A stretch of DNA of 32,000 bases from Nanoarchaeum equitans Kin4-M (GCA_000008085.1 AE017199.1:180001-212000), one strand, 5' to 3'. Numbered from the stretch's first letter, positions 15,858-25,466 are shown. A program made the numbers and translations. The notes: generated by a model from the sequence alone, not told the origin.

Positions 15858-17864
15858 ATGCGCAAGCTATTAAGCTTACCCCTAATAACATTTTTTGTAT
15901 TAGGTTTATCTGTAGGGGAATTGGTCCCAATAGGTAAAGGTAGAGGCGGAACCACTGTTACTATAGGACCACAAGACATAAAGCTCATTGGGGTATCAGC
16001 AAATCCAGAGAACAAGCCTGACTATACAGCTACATTAACTTTGTATATTACAATAGACGAAAATGTTTTTAGTAGTGCAGGTACATACAATGTAAAACTT
16101 AGGGGAACTAGTGAAAAGGTACAAGTAACAGTTACGGGCAAATCTCCAAACTTACAAATTAGTAATATAAATGACAAAAATAATGATTTGGCAACATATA
16201 TATACAAAAAAATAACAGAAGGTTTGCCACCAACCAATTATGTTAGGGTTGAATCTCCTGCTCTTGTTGGGAATAAGTATTATGAGATTAAGGTTAAACT
16301 ATTGCCGTTTAGTTCTTTGCCCCCTATTTTATGGTTGGTCACAACATCCGAAGCGGAAAGTAGGTATAATAGTATTTATAGTATTAGTGCCAAAGCTACA
16401 GCAAATGTTTTTACAACTTTTAACGAACAAGCAAGCATTAAAACGATAATTGCTTCTTTTAGTGAGGGGATGAACTTAATAGATATACGTTCTCAATTAT
16501 TTTCATTAAGCCTTGCGAAGTACATAACAAACTCTGTTAATGAGTGTTTTATAAGAGCATGGAAATCCCTGGGGTATGAACCAGCAGATAAACTATGCAA
16601 CAGAATTAATTCTGAAGCTTCTGCATTATTATCGAAATTTGGAATCAATTTGGATGCTGTTTACACATATGACACTGGTAGTGGGTCTTGCACTCTTACC
16701 AAAGATGCAAAAGCAGACGAAGAAGTAATGAGTGTTTTAGAAGGTATGGGTTTCAAACCCTCTTATAATACAATAGAAGAAATGGTTTTTCAATTAAAAA
16801 AGGGAGATAGATTTATTTGCTGGTTGGATAGCGTATTTGGAGCAATATTTGGGTCGACTTATTATTCAATCAAAGGCTTATTGCCCCAAAACATTACCAA
16901 TAGAGAGATGGTGGCATTGATTATTACATTATCTTTATGGGGTATGTTAGCTTATCTTGTTATAAAAAGGATAGGGCCAAGCGAAGAAAACAAAAACATT
17001 GGTATAAAACATTTCATAGGAGGTTTAGCTATATCATATTTATTATTAACTTTGCTAGGAAACAGCCTTTCAAGTATGTCTAGTGCACATATAATTGGAT
17101 CGATACTATTCTTGTTCTTTACCTACGAAATAGTTTCTTATATCGTGGCACTCATCTCACATCCCAGATTAGAAGCAATAGTATATTTAGTTCTATATGG
17201 TTTATATGTAATCGCCCTCTCCGTTTTCCTACGAACGATGGGTATTGTAGGAGGAGCATCCGAAGGTGTTTTTAACCCCACGAAAGCGATAGCGCTAAGC
17301 GCCGCAATGCCCTTTAGTGATATTATAGGTGGGATAGCAATACCTATAATATATCAAGCATTGTTAGGCTTCCAAGTTGGGTGGTTCCAAGCGATAGGGT
17401 GGGCATGGCTAATAACAAAAATTATTACTTACATAGCAGACTTGGTAGGAATAACTTTACCACCATTCTTAGATGTGTCAAAAAAACTAAAAGAAAAACT
17501 TGACAAAGATCTTGGCACATTTGAATGGCACAAGAGAGAGGGCAATGAAGTAGAAATTGCAAAGAGAGTTATAATGAATATCGCTTCACAATTAAGGGAT
17601 TTATGGACAAACATACATTGTAGCACTCTTGGGGCGAGAAAACTTTTGGGAAGAAAATTTAATCCGGTGCCATTAACGGGTGCACTATTATATGTTCTCA
17701 GCGATGAGGATAATAAGGCTCTCATACTCCAAAAAATACCTGATGAGGATCAAAAGAAAATAGTTGAGAATGTTTTAAACAACAAGTTAGAGGAACTGGC
17801 TAAGAGTCTAGCGAAAGATGATAAGTTTAGGTCATTACTCATGAACTACTGCAAAGATAGTTGA
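15858..17864 (+). CDS. Hypothetical membrane protein: signal peptide, ectodomain of about 330 aa, about 6 TM helices, cytoplasmic tail of about 130 aa
   Basis: MRKLLSLPLITFFVLGLSVG signal-like N-terminus and a Ser/Thr/Asn-rich, Lys-poor ectodomain with 4 Cys. TM cluster at aa 350-530. Local GC reaches 42-48% on spot-counted lines. Confidence 0.6.
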   Translation: MRKLLSLPLITFFVLGLSVGELVPIGKGRGGTTVTIGPQDIKLIGVSANPENKPDYTATLTLYITIDENVFSSAGTYNVKLRGTSEKVQVTVTGKSPNLQISNINDKNNDLATYIYKKITEGLPPTNYVRVESPALVGNKYYEIKVKLLPFSSLPPILWLVTTSEAESRYNSIYSISAKATANVFTTFNEQASIKTIIASFSEGMNLIDIRSQLFSLSLAKYITNSVNECFIRAWKSLGYEPADKLCNRINSEASALLSKFGINLDAVYTYDTGSGSCTLTKDAKADEEVMSVLEGMGFKPSYNTIEEMVFQLKKGDRFICWLDSVFGAIFGSTYYSIKGLLPQNITNREMVALIITLSLWGMLAYLVIKRIGPSEENKNIGIKHFIGGLAISYLLLTLLGNSLSSMSSAHIIGSILFLFFTYEIVSYIVALISHPRLEAIVYLVLYGLYVIALSVFLRTMGIVGGASEGVFNPTKAIALSAAMPFSDIIGGIAIPIIYQALLGFQVGWFQAIGWAWLITKIITYIADLVGITLPPFLDVSKKLKEKLDKDLGTFEWHKREGNEVEIAKRVIMNIASQLRDLWTNIHCSTLGARKLLGRKFNPVPLTGALLYVLSDEDNKALILQKIPDEDQKKIVENVLNNKLEELAKSLAKDDKFRSLLMNYCKDS

Positions 17865-17874
17865 TTTTTAATTA

Positions 17875-18699
17875 TCAAAAGCTTTCCAACAAAATTCTTC
17901 CAGCCAATTTATAGTCTTTCGCTTCAACCAAATCAAAGCCATAAATGTTTTCCAAAGAATAAATTATTCTCAAATAATGATGGGGCATTATTCCTAGGGG
18001 CTCTCTCCACACCCCTTTATCAATAAAAACATCGAAATCTAAACTTACATAGGGATTTTTGAATTTTTTTAGCTCTTGTATTACATTATCTAAATCGAAA
18101 AACACATCGATAGAATCGTAATACTTTATATTATAGCTATCTAAAAACTCTTTCTCATCTTTGGCCCAATTATTTATACCAACCAAAGCTATTTTATTAG
18201 GCTTAATAATACCTTCTTCTATTATATACCTAACCCAAGTGGCATAATTCAAATCGCCATAAAAACAATCCGGATGCGAATCGAATATAATTAATTCCCT
18301 AGGTTCTAAAGCTTTTATTATTGGATAACTAATTAGATGGTTCCCGCCTAAAGAATAAACCTTTTTACCTAGGCTTTTAAAATATAGAACGGTTTCATAT
18401 ATTTTATCTAAAGCCTTTGGTAATGGCATATCTAAATCTATATCGCCATGGTCATAAACTTTAGGCAACCTATTCCTTAATGGATAATATATTTCATCGA
18501 AAGATTCTCTAATTTTTTTAGGTATCTCTTTATAGCCTTTTTTGTCTGATCCTTCTTCTAATGGAAATCCAACTAAAACTATTTCTGCTTCTTCCAAAGT
18601 GGAATCGAATAATGGAACGAACATTTTAGTTTTAAACCCTCTATTATAAAAAATAAATGGAAAAAGATTTGTCCCCTTTAGGGATATATAGATTTTCAT
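17875..18699 (-). CDS. speB: Ureohydrolase-family protein (agmatinase/arginase fold)
   Basis: LGGNHLISYP (GGDHS-type), IIFDSHPD (DAHxD) and VSLDFDVFID (SxDxDxxD). All six Mn-ligand positions are present. The real start is probably M26 (ATG ending at 18624), which has TTTATAAT 18 nt upstream; the ATG at 18699 has no such box. Confidence 0.75.
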   Translation of the reverse strand: MKIYISLKGTNLFPFIFYNRGFKTKMFVPLFDSTLEEAEIVLVGFPLEEGSDKKGYKEIPKKIRESFDEIYYPLRNRLPKVYDHGDIDLDMPLPKALDKIYETVLYFKSLGKKVYSLGGNHLISYPIIKALEPRELIIFDSHPDCFYGDLNYATWVRYIIEEGIIKPNKIALVGINNWAKDEKEFLDSYNIKYYDSIDVFFDLDNVIQELKKFKNPYVSLDFDVFIDKGVWREPLGIMPHHYLRIIYSLENIYGFDLVEAKDYKLAGRILLESF

Positions 18700-18787
18700 T
18701 AGAAGATAGAAAAGGAATAGACCCTAAAACATTAGTATATTTCATAATAGGTTTGGTTATAGCCGATATAATAATATATAAATTGCT

Positions 18788-19201
18788 ATGATCGAAGAGG
18801 CGATACATTCTTACAATAACGCTGTATTCTATATAAGGTCTGCGCTATTAGATAAAAGAACAAAGGATACATTTATAGAAGGGTTAAAGAGATTGGCAAA
18901 AGCATATGAAGAAATATTTAGAGCTTTGTTATTGCTAAAAGATGTTGAACCCCCTAAAAATCCATATATAATGATGGAAAAAACCATAGAATTATATCCG
19001 GAATTAAAAGAGCATTACGAATTCTATAAAAAAATAAAAGAATGGTTATCCAAAGATATAAAAGCTGAAAATGAAGGGACTAGCAAATTTACTATATACA
19101 TAAATGGCACTACCTTATATTTAAAAGATATGCGCAAACTTTCTAAAGATTTAGAAATTTTGTTTGAGCGCTTTAAGAGATATTTAAATGCAATAGAATA
19201 A
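18788..19201 (+). CDS. Hypothetical all-helical protein
   Basis: 137-aa ORF, first gene of a tightly packed plus-strand unit (18788-21522). It has a vague HEPN-like helical-pair look but no Rx4-6H motif. Confidence 0.45.
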   Translation: MIEEAIHSYNNAVFYIRSALLDKRTKDTFIEGLKRLAKAYEEIFRALLLLKDVEPPKNPYIMMEKTIELYPELKEHYEFYKKIKEWLSKDIKAENEGTSKFTIYINGTTLYLKDMRKLSKDLEILFERFKRYLNAIE

Positions 19202-19208
19202 ATCGGTA

Positions 19209-19997
19209 ATGCCTATAGTAGTTGATAAACTAATAGAATATTTCGAAAAAGAGTTGGGTAAACCATTAAAGAACAAACGCTATTGGATAAATAAAGGGAA
19301 AGAGGGTGATACGGTTATTAGTTTGTATAAAGAAAAACCATTTATCTTAAAAAGAGTAAAATTTGAGGACTTTTATAAGTTTTTGTCTATAAGCTCTGCG
19401 ACCAAAATGAACAAATTTCTATTTGTGGGCAAAGTAATAGAAAAACCAACATATTATTTGGTTGATGTGAAAGGCATATTCGTATATGGAGTAAAAAAAG
19501 TTTACCAATGTTTAGGAAACCCAGAATTCAAAATAGAAGGAGAATTTTTAAAATACAAACTATATAGATTAGATAATAGGGAATATTTCTATATAGAGAA
19601 AAACTTAGAAATAATGCTTAACACCAATGGGTTAACCATAAACCAGGGCAAAGAGTTAAAACAAAGAATAAACATGGAAGAATATATTTATACTAAATCG
19701 ATAGACCCAAGAGAGGTTTTTTCGATAATAGATAGTATAATAAAAGAATTTGAACAAAAAGCTTTGTCTTTAGAATATGCAGCATTAACAAAAAAAGATT
19801 TGGCTTTTAGCATTAAAAGGGAATATAACGATTTAGTTTTTAGAGCGTGGTATTGCTCTAGAAAAAGTAACATACCAAAAATATGCGAAAACCCCTTGGC
19901 TTATAAACCAGAATTGGTTTATGAACAATATTACCAAGGGATGAAAAAATTAGAAATACTATTATTGCCTAAAGATATAGAAATAAAAGAGAAATGA
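19209..19997 (+). CDS. Hypothetical protein
   Basis: 262-aa ORF, 7 nt after the previous gene and overlapping the dph2 start by 4 nt. No recognisable motif. Confidence 0.45.
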   Translation: MPIVVDKLIEYFEKELGKPLKNKRYWINKGKEGDTVISLYKEKPFILKRVKFEDFYKFLSISSATKMNKFLFVGKVIEKPTYYLVDVKGIFVYGVKKVYQCLGNPEFKIEGEFLKYKLYRLDNREYFYIEKNLEIMLNTNGLTINQGKELKQRINMEEYIYTKSIDPREVFSIIDSIIKEFEQKALSLEYAALTKKDLAFSIKREYNDLVFRAWYCSRKSNIPKICENPLAYKPELVYEQYYQGMKKLEILLLPKDIEIKEK

Positions 19998-20884
19998 AAG
20001 TTTTTGTTCAATACCCAGAGGGGCTAAAAAATAAACTATTCGAAATAGAGCAAAAATTAAGAGAAAAAGGTTATAATCCAATATTTGATGCAGAACCAAC
20101 CTATGGGTTTTGTGATTTGAAAGATGATATAGCAATAGAGTTAGGTTGCGAAGCTATAATACATATAGGACATAACTCTTTCGGTTTTGAGCATTTGCTA
20201 AAAAATTCTAAAATCCCAATAATTATAGAGGAATATAGATACGAAATAGATGAAGAAGCTGTAAACGAGACATTAAAATATATAGATGTTATAAAGCATA
20301 AAAAATTGGGCATAGTTAGCTCTTTGCAATATTTGAATTATGTGTATTATTTGAAGGACAAACTAAAAGGTTTCGAAATAGTTATACCAAAGAACCCCCA
20401 AATATTGGGATGCAATGTAATTAATGCTAAATCCATAGAAAATAAAGTTGATGCTTTTTTAATTCCAACAGATGGCAAATTTTATAGCTTGGGATTAGCC
20501 TTACAAACGAACAAACCAGTATACGCTTTCGATCTAGGATTAAGAAAAATTTATAGCTTAGAAAAAGAAAAACAGAAATATTTAACAATAAAATGGTTTT
20601 ATTTATCCAAATTCGAAGAAGCAAAAAAAGTTGGTATCTTAGTTTCATGGAAAAAGGGCCAACTATTTTATAACCCATATGAAGTTAAGGAAAAAATAGA
20701 ATCGCTAGGGAAAAAAGCTATTATTTTAGCTTTCGATGAAATAGATCCTAACAAAATAATTGGCTTAGATTTAGATTTTTATGTTAATTTGGCCTGTCCA
20801 AGAATTTTTGATAATTATAAAAAATTTGACAAACCCATATTGAATTGGGTAGACATTTTTAAACATTATTTTGTTAAAAGCTAA
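19994..20884 (+). CDS. dph2: Diphthamide synthesis protein Dph2 (radical-SAM-type ACP transferase)
   Basis: VFVQYPEGLK, PTYGFCDL....AIIHIGHNSF, PQILGCNV, DGKFYSLGLAL and VNLACPRI. All three Fe-S Cys positions are present. Confidence 0.85.
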   Translation: MKVFVQYPEGLKNKLFEIEQKLREKGYNPIFDAEPTYGFCDLKDDIAIELGCEAIIHIGHNSFGFEHLLKNSKIPIIIEEYRYEIDEEAVNETLKYIDVIKHKKLGIVSSLQYLNYVYYLKDKLKGFEIVIPKNPQILGCNVINAKSIENKVDAFLIPTDGKFYSLGLALQTNKPVYAFDLGLRKIYSLEKEKQKYLTIKWFYLSKFEEAKKVGILVSWKKGQLFYNPYEVKEKIESLGKKAIILAFDEIDPNKIIGLDLDFYVNLACPRIFDNYKKFDKPILNWVDIFKHYFVKS

Positions 20885-21118
20885 ATGCCAGCCCATAGCT
20901 GGGAAAAAATGCTAAAACAAAGTGGGCATAAACATGGTAAACTATTAAAAATATTAAAACATAATAAACCTAAAGAAAGAAAATTTGGCAAAGGCGCTAG
21001 GAGATGCGAAAGGTGTGGTAGATACGATGGTATAATAAGAAGGTATGGACTATATTTATGCAAAGACTGCTTTAAAGAAGTGGCACACGAATTAGGATTC
21101 TTTAAATGGGGAGAATAG
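20885..21118 (+). CDS. rps14: 30S ribosomal protein S14 (uS14, zinc type)
   Basis: [46 protein letters not shown]. It has an N-terminal extension of about 20 aa, so an internal start at M9 is possible. Confidence 0.9.
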   Translation: MPAHSWEKMLKQSGHKHGKLLKILKHNKPKERKFGKGARRCERCGRYDGIIRRYGLYLCKDCFKEVAHELGFFKWGE

Positions 21119-21522
21119 ATAGCATAGACATAAAAATTTTATCTATTTTAGAGGAAAACGCTAGGACAAAATTTACTGATATAGCTAAAACATTAAACCT
21201 TACAGAGGCAGCAATTAGAAAAAGAATAAAGAAACTGGAAGAAAACCAAATAATAAAACGCTATTCTATAGATATAGACTATAAAAAATTAGGATACAAC
21301 ATGGCAATCATTGGCTTAGACATAGATATGGATTATTTCCCAAAAATAATAAAGGAATTGGAAAAAAGGAAAGAGTTTTTGCATATATATTCATCTGCAG
21401 GCGACCATGATATAATGGTTATAGCAATATACAAAGATTTAGAGGAAATTTATAATTATTTGAAAAACTTAAAAGGAGTAAAAAGGGTTTGCCCAGCAAT
21501 AATTATAGATCAAATTAAATAA
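21106..21522 (+). CDS. lrp: Lrp/AsnC-family transcriptional regulator
   Basis: [47 protein letters not shown] (HTH) plus a RAM-like C-terminal domain. Confidence 0.9.
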   Translation: MGRIDSIDIKILSILEENARTKFTDIAKTLNLTEAAIRKRIKKLEENQIIKRYSIDIDYKKLGYNMAIIGLDIDMDYFPKIIKELEKRKEFLHIYSSAGDHDIMVIAIYKDLEEIYNYLKNLKGVKRVCPAIIIDQIK

Positions 21523-22403
21523 ATATTAATTCTTATCCTATATTTTCTTACTCCAATGTCGCCCACAATTTTATAATCATAATGTTTTATTTCTCTTAGT
21601 TGGCTTGCTATATCAATTATTTCTTTTACTTTTTGTTCTATCTCTTTTTCATGGGCGAAACTATATAAATGGATATACTTTTTAGCTAAAACTAAAGCTT
21701 CAAAAATAAAATGCTCTCCCCCTTTTGGAAGGGGCATTATTATTCGATCGAAATATTCTATACCAGGCTTCAGCTCTTCTATCAATTTGGTATTATAATA
21801 TTGGTTTAGCAAATCGTAATATTCTTCATTAGTATAAACCAAATCCAATTCTGGTTTAGCTTTTAATAATTCGTTAACATATTTTGTTACAATCCCCTCT
21901 TTGTTATGCAAATTTCTTATATATTTCCAAGCTATTCCAAAATCGGCTAAAATTGTATCGACATTAACTTTGTTTAGTTTAGTATTTATTATTCCATATT
22001 TTACTGCCCATGGATTTAATTCTATAGATTTTATTTGAACTTTTCTATGTTTAGCAATAACAATAGGATATGGGTTAACCCCTGCAAAGGGTATTAAAAT
22101 TTTTTCATTGTCCTTAACTAGATCTATAAACTCTTTTCTTTCTGTGCTAAGCCTTGGGGAGAAATAGACTTTATCTACTCTTAATTTAAACACACATTTG
22201 TTTTCTTTATAGGTTGTTTCCAATATTGGTTCTCCATATAATAGTTTTAGTTTAGGCAATCTTAATTCAGTTTCTAATTTGTCAGTTTTTAGGTATATGG
22301 CTTTAACATATTTGTGATGCTTTAATATTTTGTTTACAATTTTATCTAAATCATCAACAGGGGGATAAATTATAGCGATTTCTCCAATAATATCATAACT
22401 CAT
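21510..22403 (-). CDS. trm5: tRNA (guanine37-N1)-methyltransferase, Trm5/Taw22 (Met-10+) family
   Basis: SYDIIGEIAII, VYFSPRLSTERKEF, ILIPFAGVNPYPIVIAK, ELNPWAVKYGIINTKLN and FDRIIMPLP. There is a 4-nt overlap with the ileS stop upstream. Confidence 0.85.
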   Translation of the reverse strand: MSYDIIGEIAIIYPPVDDLDKIVNKILKHHKYVKAIYLKTDKLETELRLPKLKLLYGEPILETTYKENKCVFKLRVDKVYFSPRLSTERKEFIDLVKDNEKILIPFAGVNPYPIVIAKHRKVQIKSIELNPWAVKYGIINTKLNKVNVDTILADFGIAWKYIRNLHNKEGIVTKYVNELLKAKPELDLVYTNEEYYDLLNQYYNTKLIEELKPGIEYFDRIIMPLPKGGEHFIFEALVLAKKYIHLYSFAHEKEIEQKVKEIIDIASQLREIKHYDYKIVGDIGVRKYRIRINIYLI

Positions 22404-25400
22404 TTTTTAACGAAAATTTTAACTTTATGGCCTTTTATATTGTATTCCTCAACCAAATCCCATTCTTCGTTTTCGCTAAATTCGGCATTAACTCTATTCT
22501 TTATTAAATCTTCGAAGCCTTTATAATCGATACCTTCTATTTTTAACTTTATAGGTTGGTATTTCTTTAGTTTTAGCTTTTTCCTCGCTTCTTGTATTCT
22601 TCTTATGGTTTCTCTTATTAGGCCTTCCCTTATTAGATTGCTATCTAATTTAAAGCTTAAGCCGACTTCTATGTCATTAACGATAACATCATCTATTCCT
22701 TCTTTAGTATAAACTATTTCTTTTACATTCAATACTTCTTTTAATATCTCTTCTATCTCTTTAGGCAATTGCTTGCTTATATACAATTTTGGTAAAGGCC
22801 ATCTAATTCCTATTCCATGCTTGTTTCTTAAAGAATTGGCCATCTCTATTACTTTTTTCATTATTTCTATTTCCTCTAAATATTGGAACTCTATTTTCTC
22901 TGGTTCTGGATAAGGCAATAGATGTACGCTTTCCTCTTTATAACCTAATTCGTCTCTCATTTTTTGATATAGATATTCGGCACTAAATGGAATTATTGGG
23001 GCTATGGCTCTTATTAGTTTGTCTAAGCTATACTTTAATACATACAAAATAGTAGCTGCATCATCTTTTGATTTTTCTATTCTTTCTCTATTGACTTTTA
23101 TATAGAACCTACTTAGCTCTAACCAGAATTCCTCTAAGGGTTTTGGCGCTTTCCATATTTGATAGTTCTCGAAGTAATTAATAGTTTCTTCAATAGCTTT
23201 GTTTATTTTGTATATAACGTATTGGTCAACAATGTTCAATTTTTTGGGTTCTGGGTTTACTTTTAGATATTCTTTTTGATCGAAATAGTATTTTACTATA
23301 TTATATAGTATATTTAAGTTGGATTGTTTCTCCTTTATTCCGTCTATTCTTAATATTAAATCTTGGTAAGGCCCAGTCGCTTGTATTGTGAATAGCCTAA
23401 CAGCATCTGCTCCATATTTTTCCATTAGCTCTCTTGCATATATGAAATTGCCTAACGATTTAGACATCTTTCTACCTTGTTCATCCAATACAAAACCGCT
23501 AACATATACATTTTTGTATGGACTTTGGTTAGTATATAATACGCCTTCTCCCAATAGAGAATAGAACCACCCTCTTATTTGGTCCCAGCCTTCTAATATA
23601 AAGTCGAATGGATAAAATATTTTATAAGCCTCTTCATTATCGAATGTGGCATAGAAAGCCCCACCGGAGTCTAGCCATACATCTAAAACATCGGGCTCTC
23701 TCTTCATTGGTCTCCCACATACAGGGCATTTGATTTCTATATTGTCTATCCATGGTTTATGCAAATCATAAGAATACACTCTTAATATCGTATAAGAATC
23801 GCCTCCAAACCTATATACATAGTATTTTTCTTTTAGTTTTTGCTCTAATTCGTTTGCGTCTCTATTTGTTAATATTATTGCTTCTTTCTCTTTTTCTATT
23901 ACCGATTCTACATCATCGGTTTCTATAAAATCTCCAAAATGGGTTTTTATATAATCTTTATCTAATTCTTTGTGCTTAACTATTATTATAAATCTTTTTA
24001 ATGTTAACCCAGAATACTTTTCTAATTCCTCTTTCGAAGAGATAACTAAATAATGATTATTTTCACATTTCCAGATTGGCAATGGAATACCCCAGAACCT
24101 TTGTCTTGAAATGGCCCAATCTCTTATATTGGATAGCCATTGTAACATAGCTCTTTTAGCCTTTTCAGGAACCCAATTGACTTTAGATGCTTCCTCAATC
24201 ATTTTGTTTTTGTATGCAGTTACTTTCCAATACCATTCCTCTGTAACTCTAAATATAAGCTTACTCTTACATCTCTCACATACAGGGTAATTATGCTTTA
24301 TTTTGTCTTTATGGAATAGTAATCCTTTTTTCTCTAATAATTCTATAAATTTATCGTCATCTTTTTTGGCTACCCAGCCTTTAAATGGCTCTCTAACAAA
24401 GGAACCATCTTCTTTCAAATCATTAAATGGAGGAACATTGTATTTTAGACCGACTTCAAAATCTTCTGGCCCACAACCTGGGGCAGCATGTACTAAACCA
24501 GTACCTTCTTCTAAAGAGACATATTCTTCGCTTAACCATACGGTATGTACATTTTTGTATTGTTTTTTCAATTCGTCATATATTTCTTTCCATTCCTCAT
24601 AGAATGGGGGATAATATTCTAATCCCTCTAAGTCTTTGCCTTGCACTTCTTTTAGTATTTTGTATTTATGTCCCAAAGTTACCAAAACTATTAATCTATC
24701 TTTAGCTATATAAAGCTTTTCGCCATTCTCTAACTCAACTAAAACATAAGTAGCATTAGGGTTAACCATTACTCCCAAATTGTATGGCAAAGTCCATGGA
24801 GTAGTAGTCCATATTAATAGATAAGCATCTTCATTTTTTAGAGGGAATTTAACAAAAATAGAAGGATCTTCCACTTCTTTATATATTACTTCATAGTTTG
24901 GAGCTAAAGCTGTTTGACATCTAGGACACCAATGAACTACATATTTACCTTTGTATAATAACCCTTCTTCCCAGGCTTTTTTAATTATTTTCCATATTCT
25001 TTCTATATAGTTATTATCGTAAGTAAAATAGGGATTATCATAATCTGCTAATACCCCTAACCTTTTGAAAGAGCTTATTTGTTTGTTTATATTTTTGTAA
25101 GCGAATTGTCTCGCTTCTTCTATAAATTTGTCTACCCCATATTTAATTATATCATCCTTATTTGTAAAACCGTGCTCTTTTTCTAATTTAACCTCTATAG
25201 GTAAACCATGAGTATCAAAACCGGGCCTAACATATATTTTATAACCTCTCATTAGTCTATATCTGATTTCAGAATCCCTTAATGCCCTACCCCAGGCATG
25301 GCCCACATGTATATCGTCATTAGCGAATGGTGGACCATCTAAATAAGACCATTTCTTCCCACTTTTCAAAGATTTTGCTAATAGCCTATGCGTTAATCCT

Positions 25401-25450
25401 ATAGATTTCCAATATTCTAATATTTGCTTTTCTATCTCTGGAGAATACAT
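22400..25450 (-). CDS. ileS: Isoleucyl-tRNA synthetase
   Basis: PPFANDDIHVGHAWGRALRD (HIGH), TTTPWTLPYN (CP1 editing), GTGLVHAAPGCGPEDF, WAISRQRFWGIPLPIW and KMSKSLGN. Confidence 0.97.
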   Translation of the reverse strand: MYSPEIEKQILEYWKSIGLTHRLLAKSLKSGKKWSYLDGPPFANDDIHVGHAWGRALRDSEIRYRLMRGYKIYVRPGFDTHGLPIEVKLEKEHGFTNKDDIIKYGVDKFIEEARQFAYKNINKQISSFKRLGVLADYDNPYFTYDNNYIERIWKIIKKAWEEGLLYKGKYVVHWCPRCQTALAPNYEVIYKEVEDPSIFVKFPLKNEDAYLLIWTTTPWTLPYNLGVMVNPNATYVLVELENGEKLYIAKDRLIVLVTLGHKYKILKEVQGKDLEGLEYYPPFYEEWKEIYDELKKQYKNVHTVWLSEEYVSLEEGTGLVHAAPGCGPEDFEVGLKYNVPPFNDLKEDGSFVREPFKGWVAKKDDDKFIELLEKKGLLFHKDKIKHNYPVCERCKSKLIFRVTEEWYWKVTAYKNKMIEEASKVNWVPEKAKRAMLQWLSNIRDWAISRQRFWGIPLPIWKCENNHYLVISSKEELEKYSGLTLKRFIIIVKHKELDKDYIKTHFGDFIETDDVESVIEKEKEAIILTNRDANELEQKLKEKYYVYRFGGDSYTILRVYSYDLHKPWIDNIEIKCPVCGRPMKREPDVLDVWLDSGGAFYATFDNEEAYKIFYPFDFILEGWDQIRGWFYSLLGEGVLYTNQSPYKNVYVSGFVLDEQGRKMSKSLGNFIYARELMEKYGADAVRLFTIQATGPYQDLILRIDGIKEKQSNLNILYNIVKYYFDQKEYLKVNPEPKKLNIVDQYVIYKINKAIEETINYFENYQIWKAPKPLEEFWLELSRFYIKVNRERIEKSKDDAATILYVLKYSLDKLIRAIAPIIPFSAEYLYQKMRDELGYKEESVHLLPYPEPEKIEFQYLEEIEIMKKVIEMANSLRNKHGIGIRWPLPKLYISKQLPKEIEEILKEVLNVKEIVYTKEGIDDVIVNDIEVGLSFKLDSNLIREGLIRETIRRIQEARKKLKLKKYQPIKLKIEGIDYKGFEDLIKNRVNAEFSENEEWDLVEEYNIKGHKVKIFVKK

Positions 25451-25466
25451 ATATTGTTATATGCAT

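Noticed and set aside
17221-17420. GC-rich patch (42-48% GC) with a GGTTCCAAG string, considered as an embedded tRNA-like or structured RNA
   Set aside because: No T-arm or acceptor pairing can be drawn around it. The region reads cleanly as Gly/Ala-rich TM helices of the 668-aa ORF.
18625-18699. First 25 codons (MKIYISLKGTNLFPFIFYNRGFKTK) of the ureohydrolase ORF as genuine coding sequence
   Set aside because: There is no TATA-like box at the standard distance from this ATG, whereas M26 has one. The family alignment also starts near M26. I kept the longest ORF coordinates in the feature table and flagged the doubt.
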